Notes: generated by a model from the sequence alone, not told the origin. Shown: positions 9,754 to 19,618, counted from the first letter of the stretch. The stretch is 64,000 nucleotides of DNA from Candidatus Pacearchaeota archaeon (GCA_023136775.1 JAGLQO010000005.1:8198-72197); one strand, 5' to 3'. Made by a program: numbers and translations.

Positions 9754-11598
9754 ATGAAAAAAGTGGGTGTATTAATTGTATTATTATTAATTGTGTTCAC
9801 TCTAGCTCCGCTGACCTTAGCCGCAGATAACGAGACAGAAGAGAAAAGCGAAATTGAAAAAGCATTCGATTGTCTAGAAGAAAAAGTTGATGATTGCAGC
9901 AAGATAACGACTCAAGAAATCGCTTTAACAATTATGGCCACACCAGACAATGTATTTAATGATTGCGTCGAAGAATTAGAAAACCGAGAAAAATCCAACA
10001 ATTGGAATGGAAATGTTAGAGATACCGCTCTAGCTGCTCTAGCATTAAAACATGCAGGCAAGGACACATCCGCTATAGAAGAATGGCTATTCCAACAAGA
10101 ACAAATTCCAAGAGAATTAGATTGGTTTATGCAACTAGATGCCAACGAAGCAATGAAATGTACAATCAGCTATGACTCCGAATCATATGAAAGTATTGAA
10201 ATAGGGGAAAATAAAAAAATACAAACTGCTGCAGGTAGTTGTCTAAGTTTAGCCAGACAAGGTTTTTGGTTCAGAGTCGGAGACAACTGTTACGAAAAGG
10301 AATTTTCTATTAAATGTGACAAAAATTTTATTTCTAGTTTGTTGTATGAGAATGGAGAATCCATTCCCAGAACTACCTATGTTTTAGAAGGAACAAAATC
10401 TGCTCCCGCCTACGAAGAAATTACATTAGATGTCAGATCAAAATGCTTCGGAAAGAGTGGCTGTGATTATGAGGGAACGGTTTGGGCAGCCTTGGCATTA
10501 AAGAAATCCGGACACGACATTGATGATTTTATTCCTTATATTGTTGCCATGACAGATACAAACAAAAAATACTTGCCTGACGCTTTTGTATATATGTTGA
10601 CAAATTATGAAGATTATGCAACTAAATTAGTAGCAAATCAAAAGCTCGGAGACTTTTGGGAAGCAGACCTTTCTCTTTACAAAAAATACTATGACACATC
10701 TTTGGCATTACTAGCTTTAGGAAGTTCCTCATCCGAAAGAGTAAACGCCGCTGAAGGTTGGATGTTATTTACTCAAGGAAGCAATGGATGTTGGCAAAAT
10801 TCTGTTAGGGATACAGCAATTGCTCTTTGGGCCATAGAAGGAAGACCAGGAAAAGCACCAAGTAGCGAAGGTGGAAATAGTCATACACTTTGTAGCGAGG
10901 CTAATTATTTTTGTATTCCAAATAGTGAATGTCCAGCAAATGAAGTTATGGGGAATTTTTATTGTTCTTCTTTGTCGACCACATGTTGTGCCACTGAAAA
11001 TTTAAAGACCTGCTCTGAATATATCGGACAAGCTTGTTTAGGGGATACATTTTGTGTTGGAAATGAACGTAGAAGTAGCGATGTTGATAAGTGTTGTACA
11101 GGAACTTGTGAAGAAAGACCTCAAGAAAGCGAATGCGAGGCTAATTTTTATACTTGTGCAGATTTTTGTAGTGAAACTCAAGAAAATGCATACTTAGATT
11201 GTGATGGTGGTCAAGTTTGCTGTAGAAACAAAGTAGCTGCAAAAGAGAAGAAATCTTTGTGGTGGATATGGTTAATTCTTTTTATTTTATTAGCTGTCCT
11301 TGGAGCTTTAGCTTATGTTTACAGAGAGCAATTAAAAGAAAAGCTAGAAGAAATCAAAAAGAAAATGGGCAAAGGAAAAAGTGGTGCGCCTACTGGTGGG
11401 CCTAAAGGACCACCAAGAAGACCAGGTATGCCTCAACGACCAGGTATGCCACCAAGAAGACCAGGTATGCCTCCTCGTCCAGGATCTCCTCCAGTAACTA
11501 GGCCGCAAATTCCAGGAAGAAGACCGATGCCGGGGTACAGAGAAGATCCAGCAATGAGAGAAACTTTTAGGAAGCTCAGAAAAATTGCAGCAAGATAA
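9754..11598 (+). CDS. Secreted, C-terminally anchored surface protein with alpha/alpha-barrel-like repeats, Cys-rich stalk and Pro-rich tail
   Basis: Signal peptide; four DT(A/S)xAxxAL-type helices; CC-containing repeats; TM WWIWLILFILLAVLGALAYVY; RPGMP repeats. Confidence 0.75.
   Translation: MKKVGVLIVLLLIVFTLAPLTLAADNETEEKSEIEKAFDCLEEKVDDCSKITTQEIALTIMATPDNVFNDCVEELENREKSNNWNGNVRDTALAALALKHAGKDTSAIEEWLFQQEQIPRELDWFMQLDANEAMKCTISYDSESYESIEIGENKKIQTAAGSCLSLARQGFWFRVGDNCYEKEFSIKCDKNFISSLLYENGESIPRTTYVLEGTKSAPAYEEITLDVRSKCFGKSGCDYEGTVWAALALKKSGHDIDDFIPYIVAMTDTNKKYLPDAFVYMLTNYEDYATKLVANQKLGDFWEADLSLYKKYYDTSLALLALGSSSSERVNAAEGWMLFTQGSNGCWQNSVRDTAIALWAIEGRPGKAPSSEGGNSHTLCSEANYFCIPNSECPANEVMGNFYCSSLSTTCCATENLKTCSEYIGQACLGDTFCVGNERRSSDVDKCCTGTCEERPQESECEANFYTCADFCSETQENAYLDCDGGQVCCRNKVAAKEKKSLWWIWLILFILLAVLGALAYVYREQLKEKLEEIKKKMGKGKSGAPTGGPKGPPRRPGMPQRPGMPPRRPGMPPRPGSPPVTRPQIPGRRPMPGYREDPAMRETFRKLRKIAAR
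11420..11482 (+). repeat. Coding tandem repeat GACCAGGTATGCC x3 (RPGMP)
   Basis: Seen directly in the sequence. Confidence 0.8.
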
Positions 11599-11652
11599 TT
11601 TTATTATTTTTAGTCCAGTTAAATTTATTAATTAATTGATATTCTATTAACT

Positions 11653-12975
11653 ATGAAAAAGTGTGTGATATTATTATTCTTAATTGTAATTTCTTTTGCT
11701 AATGCTGAGCCTATTTTAAAATTCCAAAATGAAGATATTCAATCTGGAGAAACTATTTTAGCCACAATAAATACCACGGGCAAATTTACAAAACAAATTG
11801 AGAGCAGCAATTTAGTGTTTTACAAAGGTCGAAAGAAAACAATATTCGAACACGATGTTATATATTACGACGGAATACATTATGTTTTTATTTATGCTAA
11901 TAGGGATGGAGAATTTGAAATAAGAATAGAAAATATCCTATACAAAGAAAATGACACCTTAAAATCATCTAACATAATAAAACCATTTAATATAACTACC
12001 AATATAAAAATCGATGAAGAGACTAACGAAACAATAACAGAAATTTTAGAAATTCGTCCAGGAGCAGTTTATTTTCCAAAAGATACATATATAAAATTAT
12101 TCAACAAAGGGACTATCCCCTTAGAATTAAAATATGGCAAAGAAAAAATTATAATAGAGCCTCTTACAACAAAAAAAATTGAACTCGAACCTCAAGAAAA
12201 ATTTTCGCTATTTGAAGTTGAGGGATATAAAGATTTTTCAATTCCAATTATTTATCCAACACTTGAAGATGAATTTGTCTCACCAATAATAAAGTCTGAT
12301 TTGAAAGCTGACCCAGATTTTTTTGTTTCCGAACTTTTTGTAGATGTCAAAGAAACCGAATTTATTCAAATATTTAACCTTGGAGATAGTGACATCACAG
12401 ATTTAGAAATTATGACAGATATAGAATACATAAGGACTGGAAAGTTAGAGAACATGGTGGGCAGACAGATTCAAAATTTAAGCGTAAAAATAGATGCGGA
12501 AGCTGCTGGACATTTTGAAGGAGTAATAAATATTACTTATTTTTCTAATAACGAATCAAATTACCTAAAAATTCCAGTGAGTATATATGCCCTACCAAAG
12601 GGAACCAATGAGACTGAATTCGAAGTGTTAGATGATTCCTGTGATAATTTAAACGGGCAAGTTTGTAAAAAAGGAAGTATTTGCGAAGAAGATGCAGATC
12701 AGCGTTTCACCAGTGACGGAAAATATTGCTGTTTTGGAGAATGTATCGAAACAAAAACAGGTTCAAGTGCGGATTCAGATTATGGTTGGATAATAGCAGT
12801 AGTAATTCTTGCAGCACTCGGGGGCTATGGATATTATATGTATAAAAAACAAAAAAACCTCACTCCAAAAAAACCAAGTGAGAGATTAAAAGAATCAGTA
12901 GCTGGATATAAAAAGAGAATGGCAGTAAAGCCAAAATCAACTTTGAGAGTCAAAGGAAATTTACAAAAATCCTAA
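11653..12975 (+). CDS. Secreted, C-terminally anchored Ig-like/Cys-rich surface protein
   Basis: Signal peptide, beta-rich body, C..C..C..CC..C module, TM WIIAVVILAALGGYGYYMY, basic tail. Confidence 0.7.
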   Translation: MKKCVILLFLIVISFANAEPILKFQNEDIQSGETILATINTTGKFTKQIESSNLVFYKGRKKTIFEHDVIYYDGIHYVFIYANRDGEFEIRIENILYKENDTLKSSNIIKPFNITTNIKIDEETNETITEILEIRPGAVYFPKDTYIKLFNKGTIPLELKYGKEKIIIEPLTTKKIELEPQEKFSLFEVEGYKDFSIPIIYPTLEDEFVSPIIKSDLKADPDFFVSELFVDVKETEFIQIFNLGDSDITDLEIMTDIEYIRTGKLENMVGRQIQNLSVKIDAEAAGHFEGVINITYFSNNESNYLKIPVSIYALPKGTNETEFEVLDDSCDNLNGQVCKKGSICEEDADQRFTSDGKYCCFGECIETKTGSSADSDYGWIIAVVILAALGGYGYYMYKKQKNLTPKKPSERLKESVAGYKKRMAVKPKSTLRVKGNLQKS

Positions 12976-13248
12976 TTATTTATTTTGAATAAACCAATCT
13001 ATTTTATCATATTTATACAAAGTTTTTACGTAGCATTCATGTTTTTGAGCAACAGACCGATTCTCACATTCTTTAAAATGAAGCAAACATTTAAACCTTT
13101 TACTTTTAACATACTTTGCACCCTTACCCTCAGCATGCGCCTTCATTCGTTTATCCAAATCATTAGTGACGCCACAATAAAACGAACCATCTTGACATTC
13201 CAACAAATATACAAACCAAGATTTTTCTTTAGAAATAGTAGCGTCCAT
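12976..13248 (-). CDS. Stand-alone GIY-YIG nuclease (UPF0213-like)
   Basis: FVYLLECQDGSFYCGVTNDLDKRMKAH..GKGAKY. Confidence 0.93.
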   Translation of the reverse strand: MDATISKEKSWFVYLLECQDGSFYCGVTNDLDKRMKAHAEGKGAKYVKSKRFKCLLHFKECENRSVAQKHECYVKTLYKYDKIDWFIQNK

Positions 13249-13904
13249 CAGTATTGCAAATCAAGATTTTTTTTCTTAGCACAAGCCGAACATAAAAGTG
13301 CAGTCTCTTCTAAACTCATATAATACCGATTTCCTTCCTCAAGAATGTCGTTAAACTTATCCCAACCTTCTTCGATGGTAAGCTTTCCAGAAACAACTTC
13401 CTCAGGAACTTTAGCAGCTTTTTCTAAAAGGTCAGTCCTTTTCTTAAACATATTATAATGAAATAAATTTGGCTTAGCAGCCTTAGAAATTTTCTTACTA
13501 CAAAGATAACATTTTGCTTGAGTCATCAGAAGTTCTTGTTCTCGAATGGCCCACTGAAGTTGAAAGTCGCTGTCTTGGATAAGATGCTTGTAATTTCCAA
13601 TTCCCCCAAGCCTATTAAATGTCAAAGTAATTTCTTCATCTTCAGTATTTCTATCCCTAATAACGATTTCACCAATTTTTCTAGAATATCTCCATATTGG
13701 ATATTTCCTCTCACCCTTAGGAGTAGTCGTCGGTCTGCCAATTCTATAAGCTTTATATCCAGTCTTAATATGACCAATAGACATTTCCTTTTTGAGAGCA
13801 GTAGTCTTAATTATTTTCTCCTTAACTTTTTTAGCAGCAGTCTTTTCCTTCCTAGAAACATAACCCTTTTCACCCGGAAGAATATTTGGAGTAACGATAA
13901 CCAT
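13248..13904 (-). CDS. Hypothetical basic protein with two CxxC motifs
   Basis: CYLC and LCSAC; stop overlaps the GIY-YIG start. Start moved to ATG 13904, which follows a minus-strand TATA-like tract. Confidence 0.65.
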   Translation of the reverse strand: MVIVTPNILPGEKGYVSRKEKTAAKKVKEKIIKTTALKKEMSIGHIKTGYKAYRIGRPTTTPKGERKYPIWRYSRKIGEIVIRDRNTEDEEITLTFNRLGGIGNYKHLIQDSDFQLQWAIREQELLMTQAKCYLCSKKISKAAKPNLFHYNMFKKRTDLLEKAAKVPEEVVSGKLTIEEGWDKFNDILEEGNRYYMSLEETALLCSACAKKKNLDLQY

Positions 13905-13970
13905 AATAAAGAAACGCAAATTTGTTTTATAAATCTTAGCGTCGATAATCAGACACACAACATATTAGAT

Positions 13971-14528
13971 TTGGAGAACGTTCCGTTCTCATATCACACA
14001 AGTCTCCCTCACTTCGCTTCGCTACATTCGCTCGACCGACTACTACATTCACATATGTTCATTCCGTTGCAACGCGTAAAAAACAAATCACTCCCTCTCT
14101 CCACTAAAGCTCCATTCACTCGTCCCAAAAAAATAAAATACCATTCCATAAGAAGTTGTGACTTCTTATGGAATAATTCATCTTAACCATTTCTACTTGA
14201 AATCATAACGACTTCCTAAAGAAAATCGTCACGCTCTCAAGTAGAGAGTAACAAGAAACCAATCGCGAATTAACATTCACTCCAATAGTTACAACTCCAT
14301 GAAAAATCATAGCGATTTTTCCTTCGGAAAAAACGCCAGTGATTTCTCATGGAAGAACATTCCGAATAACGGGAATTTCGCCCCGAAGATTCGTAACTGG
14401 GCGCGTCAAATGACGAAATTCCCTTCTTGTATCAAACCATCTGCGACAATAGTCGGTAAGGGGTTTGGAATCTAGGGCTCGCCTCTCGAAGACCAACCTG
14501 GCATTTTTTCACCAGAAAAAAAGCCAAC
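13971..14528 (+). repeat. Family-A composite palindromic element (long copy)
   Basis: Contains the left modules and the CATTCCGAA..TCTGCGAC..GTCGGTAAG..CACCAGAAAAAAAGCCAAC core. Confidence 0.9.
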
Positions 14529-14535
14529 CCAAATC

Positions 14536-14729
14536 TTTATATACCCAAATTTCTCAGTCTAATTATTGATTCCATTCAAAACTTAAATGTTTGGATGATG
14601 AGAATTTTGTGATAGGTTGGTCACGATAAATCCAAGGGTGCTACCGAGGAATTATCAAGTAGCGAAAACTACTGCAGAAAAGAAAAAGGAAACGAAAGTT
14701 TTCAATGTTCTTTTCAGGAAACAAAACAA
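14536..14729 (+). promoter_or_regulatory. TATA box and structured 5' leader of the rpl3 operon
   Basis: TTTATATA at 14536, then about 165 nt with hairpins AGTAG-CGAAAA-CTACT and GAAAAGAA..GGAAAC-GAAA-GTTTTC..TTCTTTTC. Confidence 0.6.
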
Positions 14730-15674
14730 ATGACAGATAATAATGGAATACACGCAGGAAGCTTACAGTTCTACCCGAGGGTAAGAGCTAAAAAAGTAAT
14801 ACCTAGCGTAAACTGGAAACCAGTAGAAAGAGAAGGTACTAATTTTATGGGATTCATCGGATACAAAGTAGGAATGATCTCAGTTTGGGCAAAAGACGAT
14901 ACTGAAAACTCTTTAACAAAAGGTAAAAGAATATCAATCCCAGCAACTGTTATCGAATGCCCAGTTATGAAAGTTTATTCTGTAAGATTTTACAAAGACA
15001 AAAAAGTTCTAAAAGATATTATTGTATCTAATGATAAAGATTTAAAAAAATCTGTTAAAGTTCCAAAGAAGCTTTCAGAATTTAAAGACGTTGAAGAATA
15101 CGACGATGTTCGAGCAATTTTATACACAGATGTAAAGAACACTTGCGTAGACAAAAACAAATCAGATTTAATCGAAATAGCTGTTTCAGGCTCTGTTGAC
15201 GAAAAATTAGCTTTCATTAAGGAAAGAATCGGAAAAGATATTTCTATTTCTGAAGTGTTTACTGAAGGATTAGTAGACGTTAGAGGAGTTACAAAAGGTT
15301 TCGGAACTTGCGGACCAGTAAAGCGATTTGGAATTTCATTAAAATCTCACAAGTCTGAAAAGGGACAAAGAAGACCAGGATCATTAGCTCCATGGCATCC
15401 TGCAAGAGTTACTTTTAGAGCTCCACAAGCTGGGCAAACAGGATATCACAGCAGAATTACATATAATAATTTAATCCTAAAAGTAGGAAAAACTTCCGAA
15501 GAAGACATCAATCGAAAGGGTGGATTTGAACATTACGGAGTTATAAAAAACGATTACATGATTTTAAAAGGCTCTATCCCAGGACCACAAAAGAGAGGAT
15601 TAATGATTACAACAGCAATTAGACCAACCGAGTTTCAATTAAAGAAAAAGTTTGAGGTATTAGAATTACAATGA
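14730..15674 (+). CDS. rpl3: 50S ribosomal protein L3
   Basis: GSLQFYPRVRA, GYKVGM, TKGFG..GPVKR, GQTGYH. Confidence 0.97.
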   Translation: MTDNNGIHAGSLQFYPRVRAKKVIPSVNWKPVEREGTNFMGFIGYKVGMISVWAKDDTENSLTKGKRISIPATVIECPVMKVYSVRFYKDKKVLKDIIVSNDKDLKKSVKVPKKLSEFKDVEEYDDVRAILYTDVKNTCVDKNKSDLIEIAVSGSVDEKLAFIKERIGKDISISEVFTEGLVDVRGVTKGFGTCGPVKRFGISLKSHKSEKGQRRPGSLAPWHPARVTFRAPQAGQTGYHSRITYNNLILKVGKTSEEDINRKGGFEHYGVIKNDYMILKGSIPGPQKRGLMITTAIRPTEFQLKKKFEVLELQ

Positions 15675-16456
15675 AAGCAAAATTATTCGATAAAGCAGGA
15701 AAAGAAAAAGGAACAGTAGATTTACCTAAAAGTTTTACAGCTAGAATCAGAGAAGACATTTTATCTAAAGTTTTCCAAGCACAATTAGGATTATATAGAC
15801 AAGCTTACGGAGCTATGGAAGGAGCAGGTGCTCAATATTCAGCTTCTGGTATCTCTAAGAAAAAGAGACACGACTGGAAAGCAACTTACGGTAAAGGAAT
15901 TTCAAGAGTACCAAGAAAAGTTATGTCTAGACACGGAGCTAGTTTCAATTGGATTGGAGCTACAGTTTCTAACACTAGAGGTGGTAGAAGACCACACGCA
16001 CCAAGAAGTGCTAAAGTTTTATTAAAGAAAACAAATAAAAAAGAATTAGCAATGGCTTTTAATTCTGCAATCGCAGGAACTGTTGATGCTAAATCTTTAG
16101 CAAAGAAATACAATAAGAAAGTTGAATCTGGATTAGTATTTGAGAGTGATATTTTAGAAGTAAAGACAAAAGACTTTATCGCAACTATGAAAGTAGTTTT
16201 CGGTGACGCATTTTCTACTGTTTTAAAGAATAAGCAAATTAGAGCTGGAATCGGAAAGATGCGAGGACGAAAATACAAATCTAACGCTGGATTATTATTT
16301 GTCTTAGGAAACGAAGAATCAATGAAGAGAAAAGGAATTACAGTTGTGAATGTTTGCGACTTGACAATTAAAGACTTATCTCCAAACGGAGAACCAGGAA
16401 GATTAGTTTGTTATACTGAGAATGCAATTAAAGACATGGGAGAGCGATTTAAATAA
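15671..16456 (+). CDS. rpl4: 50S ribosomal protein L4
   Basis: G.GISRVPR, TRGGRRPHAP, RAGIGKMRGRKY. Confidence 0.97.
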   Translation: MKAKLFDKAGKEKGTVDLPKSFTARIREDILSKVFQAQLGLYRQAYGAMEGAGAQYSASGISKKKRHDWKATYGKGISRVPRKVMSRHGASFNWIGATVSNTRGGRRPHAPRSAKVLLKKTNKKELAMAFNSAIAGTVDAKSLAKKYNKKVESGLVFESDILEVKTKDFIATMKVVFGDAFSTVLKNKQIRAGIGKMRGRKYKSNAGLLFVLGNEESMKRKGITVVNVCDLTIKDLSPNGEPGRLVCYTENAIKDMGERFK

Positions 16457-16457
16457 A

Positions 16458-16715
16458 ATGGCAGGAACAATTGTTTTAGAAAAGATTAAGTCTACGGAAA
16501 AGATAGTTAGACAAATCGAAATTGATAACGTTTTAGTATTTGTAGTTGATAGAAGTGTTACAAAACAAGATGTTAAAGAAGAAATACAAAATTTATTTGA
16601 TGTTAAAGTTGCAAAAGTTAGAACACACACTTTAAAGAATAAAAAAATTGCTTACGTTAAATTAAAACAGGAGTTCCCAGCAGTAGATTTAGCTACTAAG
16701 TTGGGTATGATGTAA
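16458..16715 (+). CDS. rpl23: 50S ribosomal protein L23
   Basis: STEK, LVFVVD, TKQDVK, KIAYVKL; start moved to ATG 16458. Confidence 0.95.
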   Translation: MAGTIVLEKIKSTEKIVRQIEIDNVLVFVVDRSVTKQDVKEEIQNLFDVKVAKVRTHTLKNKKIAYVKLKQEFPAVDLATKLGMM

Positions 16716-16760
16716 TGGTAACAGTAAGACCTTTAAATACATTTGAGGAACGAAAATAAT

Positions 16761-17459
16761 ATGGGAAAGAGAATTATACAACAGCGTAGAGGGGCCGGCG
16801 GACCAACTTATAGAGCTAGTCCTAAATCAAGAAGTTTAAGACCAGGATATTCTAGCGATGCGACTGGAGAATATGAATGTGTTAAATTAATAGGTTCACC
16901 AGGTCACACAATTCCATTAGCAAAATTCATGAACAAAGAAGGAAAGATGTTTACAACTTTCGCAGTTAACTTACTTTACATAGGACAAAAAATTACAATC
17001 AATGGAAATAAAAAAGGCGATATCACAAAACTTGGGGACATGAAAAACGGAACAGAAGTTTTTAATCTAGAACATAATCCAAAGGACGGAGGAAAATTCG
17101 TTCGAACTGGTGGAAACTACGCAACGGTTATGGCAAAGGAAGGAGACATAGTAAAAGTTATGATGCCATCTAAAAGAACAAAGAAATTTAATACTAATTG
17201 TAGGGCGACTATTGGAAGAGCAGCTGGCGACGGTAGAATGGATAAACCAATCTTAAAAGCTGGTAACAAGTTTTATATAATGAAATCTAAGTCTAAACTA
17301 TGGCCTATTGTATCAGCTGTAAAGATGAACGCAATTGACCATCCATTCGGTTCTGGACGAGGAAAGAGAATGAAATCCAAGATTGCTAAGAGAAACGCTT
17401 CTCCAGGTAAGAAAGTTGGACATATTAGACCAAGTAGAACAGGGAGGAAGAAAAGATAA
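16761..17459 (+). CDS. rpl2: 50S ribosomal protein L2
   Basis: MGKRIIQQRRG and MNAIDHPFGSG. Confidence 0.97.
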   Translation: MGKRIIQQRRGAGGPTYRASPKSRSLRPGYSSDATGEYECVKLIGSPGHTIPLAKFMNKEGKMFTTFAVNLLYIGQKITINGNKKGDITKLGDMKNGTEVFNLEHNPKDGGKFVRTGGNYATVMAKEGDIVKVMMPSKRTKKFNTNCRATIGRAAGDGRMDKPILKAGNKFYIMKSKSKLWPIVSAVKMNAIDHPFGSGRGKRMKSKIAKRNASPGKKVGHIRPSRTGRKKR

Positions 17460-17461
17460 AA

Positions 17462-17848
17462 ATGGCAGAAATATTAGTAAAGAAAGATAAAAGTAAATTC
17501 TTCCGAGGAAAGAATACTGAAGAATTAAAAGCAATTGACACTAGAGAATTCGCCAAATTAGTTAAGTCTAGAGCTAGGAGAACTATTCTTCGAAACTACG
17601 ACGTAATCGATGCTTTCGTTGCAAAATGCGAGAGAAACGAATCTAGAAACAAGCCAATCAGAACGCATGACAGAACTATTGTTATTGTCCCTAGAATGTT
17701 AGGAAAGACAATTTTCGTTTACAACGGTAAAGAATTCCTAAAGGTTATTATTATCGAAGAAATGCTCGGACACAGGCTCGGAGAATTCGCTATGACAAGA
17801 AAAATTGCAAAACATACATCTATTGGTGGAGGAGCTAAGAAGAAATAA
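17462..17848 (+). CDS. rps19: 30S ribosomal protein S19
   Basis: IRTHDR, VYNGKEF, MLGHRLGEFAMTRK. Confidence 0.97.
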   Translation: MAEILVKKDKSKFFRGKNTEELKAIDTREFAKLVKSRARRTILRNYDVIDAFVAKCERNESRNKPIRTHDRTIVIVPRMLGKTIFVYNGKEFLKVIIIEEMLGHRLGEFAMTRKIAKHTSIGGGAKKK

Positions 17849-17849
17849 A

Positions 17850-18461
17850 ATGGAAGAAGAAAAAATGACTAAGGATACAATTGAAAAAATCGACGCTAAA
17901 GTAGAAAAAGCTAAAGCTAAAGAAGTTAAAACTGAAGCTAAAGTTGAAACTCCAAAGACTGAAGAGAAAACTGAAGCTAAAGAAGAAAAGAAGACTGAGG
18001 AAGCAAAATCTGAAACTAAGAAAGCTAAAGTAGAAACTAAAGTCGCTAAAAAAGAAATGGCAATGGCTAACGGGTTTTCTTTAAAGATCTCACCTAAACA
18101 ATCTAAGTTTGTTTGTAGGGTAATCAAAGGCAAATCTCCTCAAGCAGCAGTTCAAAGATTAGAAGATGTAATCACAGAGAAAAGAGTAATTCCTATGGCA
18201 AGTTTAGAAATTGGGCACCGAAAAGGAAAAGGACTAGCTGGTGGAAGATATCCAAAGAACGCATGTAAAGCTATCATTGAAATTATTAAGCAAGCAGGAG
18301 CTAACGCTGTTGTTGCAGGAATTGATAATCCAGTTATCACAATCGCTAAGGCTGACAAGGCATCTGAACCGTTCAGAAGATCTGGAACAAGAGGAAGAAG
18401 GGCACATATTCATATTGAAATAAAAGATAAAAAAAGCCTAATTAAGGCAAAGAAAAAATAA
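17850..18461 (+). CDS. rpl22: 50S ribosomal protein L22 with K/E-rich N-terminal extension
   Basis: ISPKQS, GRYPKNA, HIHIEI; start moved to ATG 17850. Confidence 0.95.
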   Translation: MEEEKMTKDTIEKIDAKVEKAKAKEVKTEAKVETPKTEEKTEAKEEKKTEEAKSETKKAKVETKVAKKEMAMANGFSLKISPKQSKFVCRVIKGKSPQAAVQRLEDVITEKRVIPMASLEIGHRKGKGLAGGRYPKNACKAIIEIIKQAGANAVVAGIDNPVITIAKADKASEPFRRSGTRGRRAHIHIEIKDKKSLIKAKKK

Positions 18462-18462
18462 A

Positions 18463-19146
18463 ATGGAAGAAAAGAAATTTGTACAAATTAGAAAGGACGA
18501 ATATAACATTAAGTTATTTGTTATGAAAATGTTTGGGAAAGGAAAAGTATCAAAGGTTTCAATCGAATATACACCAGTTGGGGAAAGAGTTATTGTTTCT
18601 ACTCACAAGCCTGGTTGGATTATCGGTAAGCGAGGAGAAAAAATCTCTGAATTAACTGAAGTATTAAAGAGAAGATTTAAGATGGAAAACCCTCATGTTG
18701 ACATTGACGAAATAATGCATCCAGAATTCGACGCTCAATTAGTAGCTGACGATATTGCAGTAACTTTAGAAAGATTTGGAGCTATGAAATACAAGTCTGC
18801 AAGTTACAGAGTGCTTGGAAGAATTAAAAACTCAGGAGCCTTAGGGGCTGAATTAAGAGTTTCTGGAAAGCTACCAAGTGATAGAGCTCGGAGCTGGAGA
18901 TTCGCATTCGGATATTTAAAGAAAACTGGAGACGCTGCGAAAGTAGTTGACAGAGCTGAAGCGGTTGCGCAAACAAAGCAAGGAATTGTGGGAATCAAAG
19001 TGGCTATTCTAGCACCTGGAATTAAGATGTGTGACCAAATAACAGTTGATAAAGAATTTATGGAAGCAGTAAAAAAGAACGTAACTTTCGAAGAAGTTGA
19101 AGAAACATTCAAAAAAGTAAAGAAAAAAAGGGCGGCTAAAAAATAA
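18463..19146 (+). CDS. rps3: 30S ribosomal protein S3
   Basis: KH domain PGWIIGKRG; GA.GAELRVSGKL..RARS. Confidence 0.97.
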   Translation: MEEKKFVQIRKDEYNIKLFVMKMFGKGKVSKVSIEYTPVGERVIVSTHKPGWIIGKRGEKISELTEVLKRRFKMENPHVDIDEIMHPEFDAQLVADDIAVTLERFGAMKYKSASYRVLGRIKNSGALGAELRVSGKLPSDRARSWRFAFGYLKKTGDAAKVVDRAEAVAQTKQGIVGIKVAILAPGIKMCDQITVDKEFMEAVKKNVTFEEVEETFKKVKKKRAAKK

Positions 19147-19307
19147 TGGCAGAAAAAAAACAATTAACAGCGAAGGAATTCAATAAGAAAATCACAGATT
19201 TAAAAATTGAATTATTGAAAAATCCAACAAAAAGGAAAAGCATTAAAAGGGAAATTGCTCGATTGTTAACAGTCAACAAACAAGCTAAACAGGAGGACAA
19301 ACAATAA
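19146..19307 (+). CDS. rpl29: 50S ribosomal protein L29 (short, 53 aa)
   Basis: Not in ORF track. MAEKKQLTAKEFNKKITDLKIELLKNPTKRKSIKREIARLLTV; IARLLT motif and syntenic position. Confidence 0.88.
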   Translation: MAEKKQLTAKEFNKKITDLKIELLKNPTKRKSIKREIARLLTVNKQAKQEDKQ

Positions 19308-19308
19308 A

Positions 19309-19608
19309 GTGGAAATTTGTCCGAAATGTGGATTGCCTATGCCGGCTTGTGTTTGTGGAGAAATCGCAAAGACTCAAGCCTCAATTTCTGTAACAACAGA
19401 AAAAAGGCGTTTCGGAAAAGTTAACACAATAATCAGTGGATTCGACGACGGAGTTAATATCAAAGATATCGCAAAAAAGCTTAAGATGAAAAGAGCTTGT
19501 GGTGGTACTGTGAAAAATAAAGTTATCGAATTACAAGGAAATCACAAAGGCTTCATAAAATCAATCTTGGTTAAAGAAGGATTTAGTGAAGATCAAATTG
19601 AAGAATAA
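19309..19608 (+). CDS. Translation initiation factor aIF-1 (SUI1/YciH)
   Basis: CPKCGLP..CVC, ACGGTVK, IELQGNH; GTG start with GGAGG upstream. Confidence 0.95.
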   Translation: MEICPKCGLPMPACVCGEIAKTQASISVTTEKRRFGKVNTIISGFDDGVNIKDIAKKLKMKRACGGTVKNKVIELQGNHKGFIKSILVKEGFSEDQIEE

Positions 19609-19618
19609 AACAAATAAA

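Noticed and set aside
13518..14186. 222-aa plus-strand ORF
   Set aside because: Antisense to a real gene and then reads through repeat DNA.
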